Shown here: one piece after another, positions 1 to 9,082 of the stretch
How positions within the stretch are numbered: the stretch's first letter is position 1
Layout of the letters: each line of letters opens with the position of its first letter
Sequence record: NC_027356.1
Origin: Escherichia phage DT57C
Direction: 5' to 3' (one strand)
Length of the DNA: 64,000 nucleotides
Translations under genes and position numbers: made by a program
Notes under the pieces: generated by a model
The model's input: only the letters and a program-made list of their open reading frames with translations
Told to the model about the DNA's origin: nothing
Database searches by the model: none

Positions 1-70
1 GCTCACCGCCGGAGGCGAAAATACTTAGTCTGCTAACCGCCACCCCCCGTTACTATTACTCTGCTAACTA

Positions 71-98
71 TTTCACCTTGCAACCATTTTAATTGCAA
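71..98. other. 10-bp perfect inverted repeat (caccttgcaa / ttgcaaggtg) immediately 3' of dmp; possible RNA hairpin
   Basis: Perfect complementarity read directly; no clear U-tract so terminator role uncertain. Confidence 0.3.
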
Positions 99-123
99 GG
101 TGAAACAAATTCAACTGTAATTA

Positions 124-858
124 TTACGCTACTTTTAATTTCTCAATATATTGTTGTGGGCTGCAACTATATTCTGCGCGCTCCTCCTCGGTCATACCTT
201 CCCAACATAATTGCAAGCGGTCGGCTAGGAACTGATAATCATTATCATCTTCAAGAGATTCATCAATAAAGGTTTCGCCGATCAATGTGACGCCTATTGA
301 TAGAATATCGTTAACGGCTTGCGCGTCCAGCGTTTTAAATCCATATGCCGCCGCCGCTGATAATACGCCTTTATGATCATCAATCATCGTGAAATCAGCG
401 TTCGGATATAGCTGTTTGAATAGCTCAAAATAATGGCTTTTATATATAGCGTCTTTACTGTGGTATATTTCGCTAACCTTATCAGCCGTAAAATATTTGT
501 GAAGTGTATCGCGGGAAAATACGCGGATATTGCTATTCCCACGCCCTCGCAGACCTTGTTTGCGCAAATAATAATAATCCGACTTACTCATCAGGCGAGC
601 GGTGCAAATAATGTTTAACGTGTTGGCGTCATTCATGCATTGGCGCATATAGGTAACGAGCGGCAAAAGCGTATCCTGCATTATTAACTCATGTTTGCAC
701 GCTTCATTTTTATACTTATTTAAATCTAAATCGCCTTCAATATCAAAGCAAGGCGCTACACGGTGGGCGGAGTTAATGATCGTGCCGTCCAGATCCCAAA
801 TCATTACGCGGGAAATATGCGGGTAATTGCGGGAAATATTCTTTTTATCTTGATTCAT
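124..858 (-). CDS. dmp: 5'-deoxyribonucleotidase (HAD-superfamily phosphatase), T5 dmp-like
   Basis: 244-aa ORF; N-terminal HAD motif WDLDGTI; context upstream of A1-like gene as in T5 pre-early region. Confidence 0.75.
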   Translation of the reverse strand: MNQDKKNISRNYPHISRVMIWDLDGTIINSAHRVAPCFDIEGDLDLNKYKNEACKHELIMQDTLLPLVTYMRQCMNDANTLNIICTARLMSKSDYYYLRKQGLRGRGNSNIRVFSRDTLHKYFTADKVSEIYHSKDAIYKSHYFELFKQLYPNADFTMIDDHKGVLSAAAAYGFKTLDAQAVNDILSIGVTLIGETFIDESLEDDNDYQFLADRLQLCWEGMTEEERAEYSCSPQQYIEKLKVA

Positions 859-898
859 TTTGTTACGTTCTCCATTAAAGGGATTAAGTTAATTTAAT

Positions 899-921
899 CC
901 AGCCCATACAGTGGGCTGGAG
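899..921 (-). other. Perfect 8-bp stem hairpin (ccagccca tacag tgggctgg) between 133-aa ORF and dmp
   Basis: Inverted repeat read directly; could be attenuator or processing site; lacks strong U-tract. Confidence 0.35.
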
Positions 922-932
922 TATTTCAGTCA

Positions 933-1334
933 TTAAAATACCAGACCATAAGCCAAAGCATCAGCGATAACAGTAATATCCTCGCCAGATACACCGGAAC
1001 GAATACCGGCGCATGTAAATACCTTCGCGCTCATTAACTGATCATCAAGACAAGCGGGGCAAGGCGCGACAACTGCGAAAGCTAAACCAGCTTTTGCGGC
1101 GTCAATAATAGTCGTTTCTTGTTTCATCGTATCAATGTAAACGCCTTTCGCCTTGATGCGGCTAGATAGCTTGCCCGTGGTGTAGGCGAAAGTAGTGATC
1201 TGTAGCGCCTCATTAAATTCGATTAAGTCATCAACAACGTGCCCCGCCTCGACGTGATAGCGCTCACCGGTAGAATAAACTAGGACGATTGCAGACTGCG
1301 CGCGATCGAATGGGATACGGTTGTAAGTAGTCAT
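933..1334 (-). CDS. Pre-early hypothetical protein (possibly A2-like)
   Basis: 133-aa ORF directly downstream of A1-like gene on same strand; assignment to A2 by position/size only. Confidence 0.45.
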   Translation of the reverse strand: MTTYNRIPFDRAQSAIVLVYSTGERYHVEAGHVVDDLIEFNEALQITTFAYTTGKLSSRIKAKGVYIDTMKQETTIIDAAKAGLAFAVVAPCPACLDDQLMSAKVFTCAGIRSGVSGEDITVIADALAYGLVF

Positions 1335-1403
1335 GCGTATAACTCCAATTAATTTAATAAACTTTTATGGCGGCGGTATATTTCGCCCGCCCGCCTGATT
1401 TAT

Positions 1404-3068
1404 TTACGCGAAAAATTTGCCGTTTTTAAAGTCGATTAACGTGCGCTGCCCGTTTGCATATGTAATTACATGCGTTTGCGTCCAGCTTGATGCGCCGACG
1501 TTGTAGCCCATATCGAGGCTGCCCGATACGCCAGCAGTATATACGCCGCCGTAAATGCTGGCGGTATGGGTGTGCCCCGTGTTTAATTTGCCCAACTTTT
1601 TAAATTGCTTCGGATTGCCGCGGCTCCCGTTGATGCCGTTGTGACCGTGTACGCCGCACTCAATGCCTGCAATCTTGAATGATTGATCAGTCGTTAGGAA
1701 TATGGCGTTAAACTCACAGCCTGCAACCTTGCGCAGCGCATAATCCAGCACGTTGAAAGTATCGTCATTTTCTGCAATAGCTCCATAGATCGCGGCGTTG
1801 AGGCGGTGATATAGCTCTGCGTTTGCTGGATCGTCTTTAATGTTAGCGTTGCGATCATCCAGCCAACGGGATAACGCCAGATCGTGGTTTGACTCAACAA
1901 TGATTGTTTGCGAGAAATCGCGCTCCATTGATTCCAATACACGCCCCGTGTCGATAAGATCATCTAAAACCTTATCACGTCCGGCGGCGTACTGTTTTGC
2001 TAGGAATACGCCAGATGCGCGATTGTGGTGGTTGCGTGATGTAAAGTCATGCACATCATGCACGAACTGATATTTAGGTTTAAGAATATCAAGCAAACTA
2101 TTTTCGCCCGCCCATGACGCTTCAGCACACGCCTTATCTAATTTTTCAGCGTGCACGTCGCCATACTGTAAACCTAAAACATGCCCCGATGTTTCATAAC
2201 ATCCGGCGGGAGTGGCGCAAATATTCAAATCATAAAAAACGCCGGTTTCATCCATCGTCTCAAGCTGGCGAACAAAAAATGCCCCGTCCTCGTCAAACTC
2301 GACAATCAGCGCGCCAAAGTTATGTAACGCTTCGGCCTTTTGCCCTGCTTTCTGCTGAATGTAGTTTTTTAGCGTTGCCGCTCCCGTTGAGTACATACGG
2401 CGCACTACTTCACCTTTGAGCGCTGGAACGCTTTCTGCGGTGATTTTAGCTGCTCCAATTGCCAAACCTTCAAGATCAAGCGCTGTTGCAGTCTCAGCGA
2501 ATCCAGAAAGCGGGTAGTCTGCCGTTGGCAAAACATTAATCTCAGCCATGAAAGCAAAGCGGCGACTATTTAAAAACACGTTTTTATTACAGATATATTT
2601 ATCAAAAGCGGAATCATATTTGATCCCGTCCGCACCTTCTCCATTCTGGAATCCTTTTTTGTTATAAATGAACTTGCTAACCAGCAAATCAGCGCCGATA
2701 AATTGGGCGTAATGTTCAAGTGAGGCTAAAAAGTTTTTATGCGGGAACGTGTTGTTCTGGATTGATGTTATAATGAAGCGTTTGCCCTGCTTTACTTCCC
2801 ACTGTTCAACCGTGCTAGAAATAATTCCCGCCGCCTCTGGGCGCTCGTCGTTTTTAACGGCTTTTGATGCTTTCGCCTCTTTTGGTTTCGCTGGTTTGTT
2901 TGCTTCCAGCCAATCACAAATTGCGGTCGAATGTTTTGCCGTATCGTACACCGCTTTTGATATATCGTCGCAGACTTCCAATCTAGTAGCGCGCAGACGT
3001 TTACCGTAAAAATTAAAATCAGCGGCCAGCTTCAGGATAACGGTTTGTTTTTCTGCGGAAATAACCAT
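1404..3068 (-). CDS. A1: A1-like pre-early protein, calcineurin-like metallophosphoesterase
   Basis: 554-aa ORF; phosphoesterase-type motifs (GVHGHNG, NTGHTHTAS); size and position match T5 A1. Confidence 0.7.
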   Translation of the reverse strand: MVISAEKQTVILKLAADFNFYGKRLRATRLEVCDDISKAVYDTAKHSTAICDWLEANKPAKPKEAKASKAVKNDERPEAAGIISSTVEQWEVKQGKRFIITSIQNNTFPHKNFLASLEHYAQFIGADLLVSKFIYNKKGFQNGEGADGIKYDSAFDKYICNKNVFLNSRRFAFMAEINVLPTADYPLSGFAETATALDLEGLAIGAAKITAESVPALKGEVVRRMYSTGAATLKNYIQQKAGQKAEALHNFGALIVEFDEDGAFFVRQLETMDETGVFYDLNICATPAGCYETSGHVLGLQYGDVHAEKLDKACAEASWAGENSLLDILKPKYQFVHDVHDFTSRNHHNRASGVFLAKQYAAGRDKVLDDLIDTGRVLESMERDFSQTIIVESNHDLALSRWLDDRNANIKDDPANAELYHRLNAAIYGAIAENDDTFNVLDYALRKVAGCEFNAIFLTTDQSFKIAGIECGVHGHNGINGSRGNPKQFKKLGKLNTGHTHTASIYGGVYTAGVSGSLDMGYNVGASSWTQTHVITYANGQRTLIDFKNGKFFA

Positions 3069-3165
3069 AATATTAAAACTCCATTAAAGGGATTAAGAAC
3101 GTTTGTTATTGGCAAATATTGCCAAATATAACGCTGCTTATTAACAGCGTTATAATTTGCAATAC

Positions 3166-3411
3166 TTAACTGATCGGCATCAGGCTAGAACTAACACCAC
3201 AAACAACGGCGGTAATAAAACAAAATAAGCCTAAACGCTTTGCTAACTTTGATTTGCGTTTAAAGTAATATGAATCCAGATCATTCTGGAAATAAGCGAA
3301 CAATAATGAGGCCGCTACAATAAATAAACCTAGAATTAACGATTCAGTGGGATAAAAGATCATTTTAATAATTCCAGTTAAAGGGAAATTATAGTGGGGA
3401 ATATTCCCCAC
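3166..3411 (-). CDS. Small membrane protein (2 predicted TM helices)
   Basis: 81-aa ORF, hydrophobic segments; RBS GGAG 8 nt upstream of ATG. Confidence 0.5.
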   Translation of the reverse strand: MGNIPHYNFPLTGIIKMIFYPTESLILGLFIVAASLLFAYFQNDLDSYYFKRKSKLAKRLGLFCFITAVVCGVSSSLMPIS

Positions 3412-3420
3412 TAATTAAAT

Positions 3421-3837
3421 TTATTCACCTGCGGATTGTTTTACTTCATCTGCTACGCCTAGTAATTGCGCTACGGCGTCCAGCGTTTCTAATTTTGCGC
3501 TTTCCAGACTTGCCAGATCGTCGGCGTCTTTGATAATGCCGGAATCAATGGCATGTTTAGCAATAACGCGCACATAATGCGCCTTGCGGATTGAACTACC
3601 GCCGCCAACTTTGCGCGGTTTATCGCTTTTCTGATACGCTTTTGCGCTGGTCAATTTTGAGCGAACAGACACAGGGGAAGTAGCGCCCACTGTTTTGGCG
3701 ATCTCTTTCAGGCCGTCGCTGTTTGCGAACTCTAAACCGTTTTCATTGATTAATTGCTGATACATAGAAACGGCTTTTTGGGTATTTTCTTCATTCCATG
3801 CAAATTTTGCGGATTTTTCGGTTTTAACGTTAGTCAT
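3421..3837 (-). CDS. Hypothetical pre-early protein
   Basis: 138-aa ORF; conserved initiation region tggagtttataccATG shared with ORF 3938-4189. Confidence 0.55.
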   Translation of the reverse strand: MTNVKTEKSAKFAWNEENTQKAVSMYQQLINENGLEFANSDGLKEIAKTVGATSPVSVRSKLTSAKAYQKSDKPRKVGGGSSIRKAHYVRVIAKHAIDSGIIKDADDLASLESAKLETLDAVAQLLGVADEVKQSAGE

Positions 3838-3937
3838 GGTATAAACTCCAATTAATTTAATTTAAGGGATAAGATTAACATAATGTTAATCGTTATATTT
3901 CCCCAATAGTTCGGGGAAATATAAAGTTAACACTAAA

Positions 3938-4189
3938 CTATGCTACAGCTTCCAATTTTTCGTTACGTTGAACAACTTTTACAACGTCGCCAGATTTAAC
4001 GCGAACACTAAAAACGGTTTTTCCGTTGTTGCTACGTTCCGTTTCTGCATATACTGCATCAATTACATCGAACGGCATGAGCGCCGCGCCTTTGATGCGT
4101 TCGGCCTTTCCGGTTGCCTCGTCTGTTTTAGTAACGAAAGGGATGAAAACGGATTGACCAATTTTTGGCGCGGTGATAGCGTTTTTCAT
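3938..4189 (-). CDS. Hypothetical pre-early protein
   Basis: 83-aa ORF; same conserved RBS/start context as neighbour. Confidence 0.5.
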   Translation of the reverse strand: MKNAITAPKIGQSVFIPFVTKTDEATGKAERIKGAALMPFDVIDAVYAETERSNNGKTVFSVRVKSGDVVKVVQRNEKLEAVA

Positions 4190-4422
4190 GGTATAAACTC
4201 CAGTTATTTGATGGATTGTTCCGCATTACCTGCTAAAAAATAATAACAGGTAATAAGAAAAAATCCGCTCACCGTTAAAATCAATTTAAGGAACTCCACA
4301 CAGGCCGCTATATCCCGTTAGGGGGCGGGGCACATTATGGCAAGTACCGGCCGTCAAATTTTACCAAGTTATCGCTCTTGTTGAATCGGGTACATTTTAA
4401 AGCCTATCGGCTAGGGCGTCAA

Positions 4423-4593
4423 ATTATTTTTCGTTTTCTTTTAAATTAGAATTCTCCCAACTGAATTGCATCTCGCAAAATATTTTCCCATCTTTATGAT
4501 GGTAAGCGATCTCGCTCCCGTGGTTAGCACAGAAAGCGATCACTGCCTCAGCTTGTTCTACCGTGATATTGTTGGCCGTTTCTTTGATTTTCA
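4423..4593 (-). CDS. Small hypothetical protein (~56 aa), not in ORF track (below size cut-off)
   Basis: Read by eye: AAGGAGACGACGAT-ATG; translation MKIKETANNITVEQAEAVIAFCANHGSEIAYHHKDGKIFCEMQFSWENSNLKENEK; coordinates approximate. Confidence 0.3.
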
Positions 4594-5220
4594 TATCGTC
4601 GTCTCCTTATAAGGTTAATAAGTTTGCCGCCGATGGGCTTTAAAATGCACCTGATTTTTAAAGAGCGCGGCGGTAAACTTTCCGCCGTGTAGTTCGTCAT
4701 TGCCGCCCTACGAGATAAATAATAGGGAATACCCAAAAAAGGTGCAACCTTAATTTTGTAAAGAAATGTAAAGAAAGCAAATACCCGCACCGCGTCCGGC
4801 GATCGCCCAAGTTTAAAGGAAACAGGCGCGCGGATACCATAAAACCGAGCTGATTGGCAAGTAATTTTTTCATTTTTATTTGCCTTGCCCTACTTGACAA
4901 AACTTAAAAAGCTCGTGGTGACGATAAACGGGCTATCCCTTTATGATGGGATACCTGAAAAATTTACCGCGTTGTAGGACGTTTTAGGCCGCTTATCTTC
5001 GATTTAACAAATATTTAACAAAAGCAAAATTGAAAAATAGTTTGAGAAGGTATTGACTTTTTAAAATCAAGACTAAACGAGTTATTTTAAAAAATTAATT
5101 AATTGACTTTTATTTGTTGTTGTGTAGTAGAAAGATAGCAGACTAATAATTGCTAGAATGATAATCATGCTGGTGATTGTAACAGACTGAACTATTAGCA
5201 GACTACTGATCCCGGAAAAT

Positions 5221-5260
5221 CTCATTAGCCAACTAACTATCTCATTAGCCAACTAACTAT
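5221..5260. repeat. Direct repeat 2 x 20 bp (ctcattagccaactaactat)
   Basis: Identical tandem copies read directly. Confidence 0.8.
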
Positions 5261-5265
5261 TTCAT

Positions 5266-5450
5266 AAGTTATAATAACTATAAAAATAATCACCGTTAAA
5301 ATAATCACTATAAAAATAATCACCATTAAAATAATAACTATAGAAATAATCACCATTATAATAATCACCATTAAAATAATCACTATAAAAATAATCACCA
5401 TTAAAATAATCACTATAAAAATAATCACCATTATTATAATCACTATAAGA
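5266..5450. repeat. AT-rich tandem repeat block (units ~12/24 bp, aataatcac[ct]a[t]taaaa)
   Basis: ~8 reiterations visible; explains spurious I/V-rich ORF 5237-5443. Confidence 0.8.
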
Positions 5451-5486
5451 AACTATCGGCTTAAGTGAGAACCACTATCATTTAAG

Positions 5487-5568
5487 TTATCCACAACGTT
5501 ATCCACAGCACAAAATGATTTGACACGATAGGCGGCGATATAAAGATTTATCCACAGACTTATCCACA
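5487..5568 (+). promoter_or_regulatory. Cluster of four DnaA boxes (TTATCCACA) in direct orientation
   Basis: Exact 9-mers at 5487, 5499, 5548, 5560; followed by LexA-like half-site ctgtatatttatccag (5579-5594). Confidence 0.6.
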
Positions 5569-5872
5569 GGTTATCCTACTGTATATTTATCCAGGGTAAA
5601 AAGATAGTGTTTACAACTGCAATCAATTTTGAGCGGCCTAAAACGCTTTCTAACGAGCTGATCGCTGTAGGGTAATATTAAAGTAAAGCCTTTACCCGTC
5701 GGCCTAGAGGCTTCGCCGTGTTTTGCTCTTTACTGCACCGCTGCGCGGTTAGCATAAAACTAGGTGTTAGGCAAGAAAAATAAAAAGTAAAGTAAACGTT
5801 GCCCCTAGAAAGAAAATAATTTTACCGGTAACATCGAAAGCGGGTAATAATTAACCTAATGTAAAGTTTTGT

Positions 5873-5902
5873 AAGGCCCGCCATAATCAGCGGCCTTTTT
5901 TG
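5873..5902 (+). terminator. Rho-independent terminator-like hairpin with T6 tract
   Basis: aaggcccgcc...gcggcc stem followed by tttttt. Confidence 0.45.
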
Positions 5903-5965
5903 TTATACTGCCCTTACACCGTTTAAGGACGGTTAAAAATTTCCCGAAAAATTTGGAGGCTTAAA

Positions 5966-6145
5966 ATGGTTATTTTTCGATCTATTCTGGCGGGTATCTT
6001 GGGCGCTATTTTAACTCTATTTGCTACCGCTTACGGTATTCAAGATTCTTATTGCGGTTTAGTAAATACTAAACCTATGGTTATTATTGGCGCGGGTATC
6101 GCTGTTTTTTCTTATTTGCTGGGCTGCATGAATAAAGGAGAATAA
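5966..6145 (+). CDS. Small membrane protein (~59 aa), first gene of small plus-strand operon
   Basis: GGAGG RBS then ATG; hydrophobic translation MVIFRSILAGILGAILTLFATAYG...; not in ORF track (size). Confidence 0.35.
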   Translation: MVIFRSILAGILGAILTLFATAYGIQDSYCGLVNTKPMVIIGAGIAVFSYLLGCMNKGE

Positions 6146-6147
6146 AA

Positions 6148-6360
6148 ATGATCCGCAACGTTTCTCTTGCTCGTTCCAAAGGTTTTAAGCTGGTGGATGT
6201 AAACACGTTCGAGCGTCCTGGTTGTAAAATCGAATATATAGCGCGGAATAAAAACGCTTTCCGCGTTACAGAAAAGAGATTCGATAAACGCGGCAACGTG
6301 ATAGCTGAAACGGTTAAATATTTTGCCACCTTTTACGCGGCCTTTCGTGGGGTATTATGA
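6148..6360 (+). CDS. Hypothetical protein
   Basis: 70-aa ORF; AGGAG RBS; translationally coupled to neighbours. Confidence 0.45.
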   Translation: MIRNVSLARSKGFKLVDVNTFERPGCKIEYIARNKNAFRVTEKRFDKRGNVIAETVKYFATFYAAFRGVL

Positions 6361-6483
6361 AGAGCGTTGTTATTGTTATCCTTGCAATGGTTGGCGGTTT
6401 TACCACCACCTTGTTTAGAAATGATCCTCTTTTGCTAGGGATCTTTATGCTTTTATCTGGTTATCTGATCGGGAGGTTATAAA
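6358..6483 (+). CDS. Small membrane protein (~41 aa)
   Basis: ATG overlaps upstream stop (ATGA); hydrophobic; by-eye call. Confidence 0.25.
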
Positions 6484-6828
6484 ATGGTGATTTATGAAGG
6501 TGATCGCCTTGTTGCTGATTGCCGTCCGGCATTGTTAGCAAACTACTTAAACCAGCTTTCGCCAGTATATAAAGGCGTTATAAATATTTATGAAGGCGGG
6601 GCGCATTATAAGATTAATGCGGTCGTTGCCCGTGAACTAGCGTTTCAATTTTTAACCTTTTCATCTTGCAATATTCAGGTCATGGGTGAGGCGTTAATTG
6701 CAGAAAATGAAGATGATTTTATTAATATCTTTCGCAAGATATGCACCGAGCGCCTGATAATGAAAGGGGCATATATTCAATCCACTGCGGATAGTATTGA
6801 AACGGCTTTTCGAAAGGTGGCACAATGA
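6484..6828 (+). CDS. Hypothetical protein
   Basis: 114-aa ORF; GGAGG RBS 6 nt upstream. Confidence 0.5.
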   Translation: MVIYEGDRLVADCRPALLANYLNQLSPVYKGVINIYEGGAHYKINAVVARELAFQFLTFSSCNIQVMGEALIAENEDDFINIFRKICTERLIMKGAYIQSTADSIETAFRKVAQ

Positions 6829-6952
6829 AGCTATATATTTTCGCGGGTAATGTTGAGGCTGCAAATGATTCCGCTGGTGGCGATAGCGTTCGCCATTATT
6901 GGCAAAATTATATTTACTAGGCGTAATGATCACGGGGCACAACTATCAGGGA

Positions 6953-6979
6953 GTGCCCCTGATTCTCAAATGAGAATGA
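6953..6979 (+). terminator. Hairpin (ggggcac...gtgcccc) at end of small operon
   Basis: 7-bp GC stem read directly; weak U-tract. Confidence 0.3.
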
Positions 6980-7182
6980 TTCTCATTTGACCGCGCCCGC
7001 GATGGTTAGCACACTAATGATTAGGGTGTTACGTGTCGCCTTGTGTGATCGTTAGCGGGCTAACTAATTTTCAAGCCTCCTCCAGATTTGCCCTTGTTTT
7101 AGTATCCCCATCAAAATAAAACGCGTTAGAAAGCGATTCAGGGCGTTTTAGGCCTATATTAGAATTATCCACTGCGTAGGAA

Positions 7183-7202
7183 TACTGTATATTTATACAG
7201 TA
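7183..7202. promoter_or_regulatory. LexA (SOS) box-like palindrome TACTGTATATTTATACAGTA
   Basis: CTGT-N8-ACAG with AT-rich spacer, matches E. coli LexA consensus at nearly all positions. Confidence 0.5.
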
Positions 7203-7211
7203 GAATAACCT

Positions 7212-7292
7212 GGGGATAAGTCGGTGGATAACGCTTCAAAATGGCTAGAATTTTGTCAAGGCAAATCGTGCTGTTGATAAGTCTGTGGATAA
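7212..7292 (-). promoter_or_regulatory. DnaA-box cluster in inverse orientation (TGTGGATAA and variants)
   Basis: Perfect box at 7284-7292, 1-mismatch box at 7224-7232, partial ttatc-core boxes nearby. Confidence 0.5.
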
Positions 7293-7309
7293 CTTAAATA
7301 ACAGTGTTT

Positions 7310-7590
7310 CTCACTTCCGTTTTTAAATGCGAATCATTATCATTTGCATTCCACTTCTTAAATGAGAATCATTTCACTTCTTGAATAGTTCTCATTCCCT
7401 TTCTTAAATGAGAATCATTTCACTTCTTGAATAGTTCTCATTTCACTTCTTGAATAGTTCTCATTCCACTTCTTAAATGAGAATCATTCCACTTCTTAAA
7501 TGAGAATCATTCCACCTCTTAAATGAGAATGATTATCATTCGCATTCCACTTCTTAAATGCGAATGATAATCATTCTCATTCGCATTCCG
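7310..7590. repeat. Tandem array of ~22-bp repeats (cacttctt[a/g]aat[g]agaatcatt), ~10 units, flanked by palindromes
   Basis: Repeats read directly; iteron-like organisation next to DnaA boxes. Confidence 0.8.
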
Positions 7591-7594
7591 GCGA

Positions 7595-7612
7595 GCAGGG
7601 CAATTGCCCTGC
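7595..7612. repeat. Perfect 18-bp palindrome GCAGGGCAATTGCCCTGC
   Basis: Self-complementary sequence read directly. Confidence 0.8.
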
Positions 7613-7617
7613 GCTTA

Positions 7618-8361
7618 TGTGCAAATCCGACAATTGCTCCAAGGGTTACGCGAGGGCATGTATGTGCAAATCCGACCCATTTTTTGGTAGTGTGCAAATC
7701 CGACCCCAAAAATTTATAAATTCGTGAGAGTGACAAATCTGTCTCCCAAAAACTCCAGCAATCACGAACTGCGTTCGAATCCTGTGGGGTATGTGCAAAT
7801 CCGACACGGTTTTTCTAGGATTAAGATGTGCGAATCCGATGAAATTTTTGTGACTTCGATGAGAGGGTGTGTGATTGTATAGGTTTGAGGAGAAGATGAG
7901 AGAGCGAGAAAAATTTTGGGGCTAGAAGTGTATGGGCGCAGGATTGGTGCGGAGCACCTGATTTGCGGGGGTTTTGGGGGATAGTGGAGATAATTTGGGG
8001 AAATTTGAGATAGGTGCAGAAAAAGTAAAATTTTATTAGCTAAAGGGGGCAATATAGCTTGACAATTGAAAATTCTTGTGGCTCTAAAAACTCAGGCAAT
8101 CATGGGCCTTCGGCCCGAAATAATGCTGCTATTTTCAGGAGATTATATGTTCCTAAAAACTTAGGCGTTTGTGCAAATCCGACCATAAATTTCTAGAAAC
8201 ACAATGTGCAAATCCGACAGTAATTCCTGGAAATGTGTTTTCAAAAAATGTCTCCTAGAAATAACCGCCCTCCCTATAACCGCCCTCCCTATAACCGGCC
8301 TAGGTATGTAACGTTGGAGGGAAACTGCCCTAGAATATGTGCAAATCCGATTAATATTTTT
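7618..8361 (+). repeat. Dispersed array of 8 copies of 13-mer TGTGCAAATCCGA(C/T), most followed by N4-6 and a T-run; interleaved CCTAGAA motifs
   Basis: Copies at ~7618, 7663, 7692, 7792, 7827 (variant), 8169, 8206, 8347; a ninth inside CDS at ~10394. Confidence 0.75.
8261..8300. repeat. Direct repeat ataaccgccctccct x2 (+ partial third)
   Basis: Read directly. Confidence 0.7.
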
Positions 8362-8725
8362 GTGTGATCCCTAGAATTTGTGCTTATCAATTTCCTAGAA
8401 ACTTAGGAGTCTGCTAGAAAGTGTTGAGCCATCCTAGCAGATGAGCGGCAACCGGTGTATCATCTTGAACACAGATATTGCCTTTAAATTTTTATCAGTT
8501 ATTTAAAAGTAAATAGTCCCCCATTTCATGTGAGATTCCTCGTGGGGCGCGTGAGTATTACGGAAGACTTAGTAATTAGATCTATACTCGTGCTGTCGCA
8601 ACGTATAGACGTAATACTAAGTGTAATAATCATCGCCCCTAGAGTTCAAAACAAGAGTTGTTTTTAATCTATGAGATTATTATAACATGTTTGGGTATGA
8701 GAATGCAAGAACTTTTTGTTAACGT

Positions 8726-9082
8726 TTATACTTCCTCCTCGAGATTGGTATTAGGATCGTAAATTTTCTTGGCTCCTGTATTTAATAGGAATCGCTCTGC
8801 AAGTAGTGGGTGAATATCAAAGAACTCTGTGCATCCTTCGAATCCCTTTAAATTACAGCGGTATTTCTTAAAGTAGATATGAGCAGCGGCTTCTAGATCT
8901 CTAGGATTATGGGTTTCATAAATCCCATACACGTATAAATCGTCAAAACCACGATAAACTATATTATCTAAGTTTAGTGTTTGAATCCTATTATGTGGAT
9001 TCACACTGATACCGATCTTTGTTCTTTTAGGGATCTTCGTCAGATCCCTATTTGCAAGAATATATGCTTTATATAGTGACAT
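8726..9082 (-). CDS. Hypothetical protein; possible GIY-YIG/T5orf172-like motif (YKAYIL...KIGIS)
   Basis: 118-aa ORF; weak motif resemblance only. Confidence 0.45.
   Translation of the reverse strand: MSLYKAYILANRDLTKIPKRTKIGISVNPHNRIQTLNLDNIVYRGFDDLYVYGIYETHNPRDLEAAAHIYFKKYRCNLKGFEGCTEFFDIHPLLAERFLLNTGAKKIYDPNTNLEEEV

Noticed and set aside
5237-5443. 68-aa ORF made of Ile/Val/Met repeats
   Set aside because: Translation of the AT-rich tandem repeat; no RBS; low-complexity artefact
7310-7590. Possible CRISPR array (regularly repeated ~22-bp units)
   Set aside because: Repeats are contiguous or overlapping with no unique spacers of regular length, are AT-rich and degenerate, and no cas genes are present; better explained as iteron-like tandem repeats
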